A stretch of 63,917 nucleotides of DNA, filler included, from Octopus bimaculoides (Eukaryota): NCBI RefSeq assembly GCF_001194135.2. It is 7 parts of 6 records of this genome, joined end to end, with 100 filler letters (N's around TTAATTAATTAA, not from the genome) between each part and the next. Parts side by side here need not be neighbours in the genome. Positions count along the whole stretch, not along the records: positions 61,446 to 63,917 come from NC_068995.1; 6 more parts are not named here. One strand, given 5' to 3'. The notes under the pieces are model-generated. The model saw only the letters and a program-made list of their open reading frames with translations, was not told where the DNA came from and did not search any database. Below, in pieces: positions 63,308 to 63,917 of the stretch. The number at the start of each line of letters is the position of its first letter. Position 1 is the stretch's first letter. A program made the position numbers and the translations under genes.

Positions 63308-63917
63308 AGGTGTGCAAATTTTCAGGGCAATCCGATTACATTTACAAACACTTTTCACTGCACAACTGCATGTGAGACAACGTCTGCTCTTTTCACAAAT
63401 ATATATTAGAATAACAGATACTCGGTCTTGCTCGAGATTAAAATAGTTTATTATTGTTTTACTTGTTTCAGTTTAATTACTCAATTTTATTTGGGTCTAC
63501 TCGAGCCACATTTTAAAAGATGAGAAATTTTGCCCTAGAGGCCACGCCTTTCAACTGAGCAAACTCAAAGTTGCCATACAAACTTGCCAGCACTTTTAAC
63601 AGAGGTGTGCAAATTTCCAGCTCAATCTGGCCACATTTACCTGCACAACTGCTTGTGAGGAAACGTCCGCCTTTTTCACAAATATGTAGTAGACTTATAG
63701 AGATACCCGGCCTTGCTTGGGATTAAAATGGCATAGTTTTTGATTGTTTTACTTGTTTAGTTATTATAACCCAATTTCATTAGGGTTAACTCGAGCCATA
63801 TTTTTAAAAGATGAGGAATTTTGCCCTAGAGGCCACACCTTTCAATTGAGCAAATTCAAAGTTGCTATGCAAACTCGCCAGCACTTTTAACATAGGTGTG
63901 CAAATGTTCAGCTCAAT
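63308..63917 (-). mobile_element. Head-to-tail about 293-bp tandem repeat of a non-autonomous Helitron-like element
   Basis: Units start at 63308, 63603 and 63894 (AGGTGTGCAAAT..). On the minus strand each complete unit carries a short GC hairpin; in unit 1 it is followed by CTAA|T (63409-63406), a Helitron-type CTRR end. Confidence 0.62.

Overview
AT-rich, microsatellite- and gap-ridden eukaryotic DNA. The SINE/LINE families and the C2H2 finger style resemble those of a coleoid cephalopod, probably Octopus (inferred from remembered repeat families, not from a search). The window is not contiguous: six identical N44-TTAATTAATTAA-N44 all-frame-stop linkers split it into seven unrelated pieces (1-21313, 21414-39096, 39197-43009, 43110-51191, 51292-57655, 57756-61345, 61446-63917). 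Host genes supported by splice-phase-consistent exons are the 3' end of RPGRIP1L (+, 21674-25306), the first seven exons of MTO1 (+, 31412-36881), and the last four exons of a calcium-binding-EGF protein gene (+, 52465-55546). A C2H2 zinc-finger exon is cut by a hAT-like transposon at 60741. The rest is mobile DNA: tRNA-headed SINEs, RTE, Tx1-like and R4/Dong-like LINE fragments, Penelope-like pieces, mariner/piggyBac-type MITEs, long foldbacks and a Helitron with tandem non-autonomous copies. The most interesting signal is a set of minimal type-I hammerhead-ribozyme folds in Penelope-type repeats. One has a canonical core (48124-48207), one has a compensatory G3:C8 swap of the catalytic C3:G8 pair and overlaps a perfect 38-bp palindrome (10411-10513), and one has an A6U core (50772-50808). 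None of this was tested computationally or experimentally.
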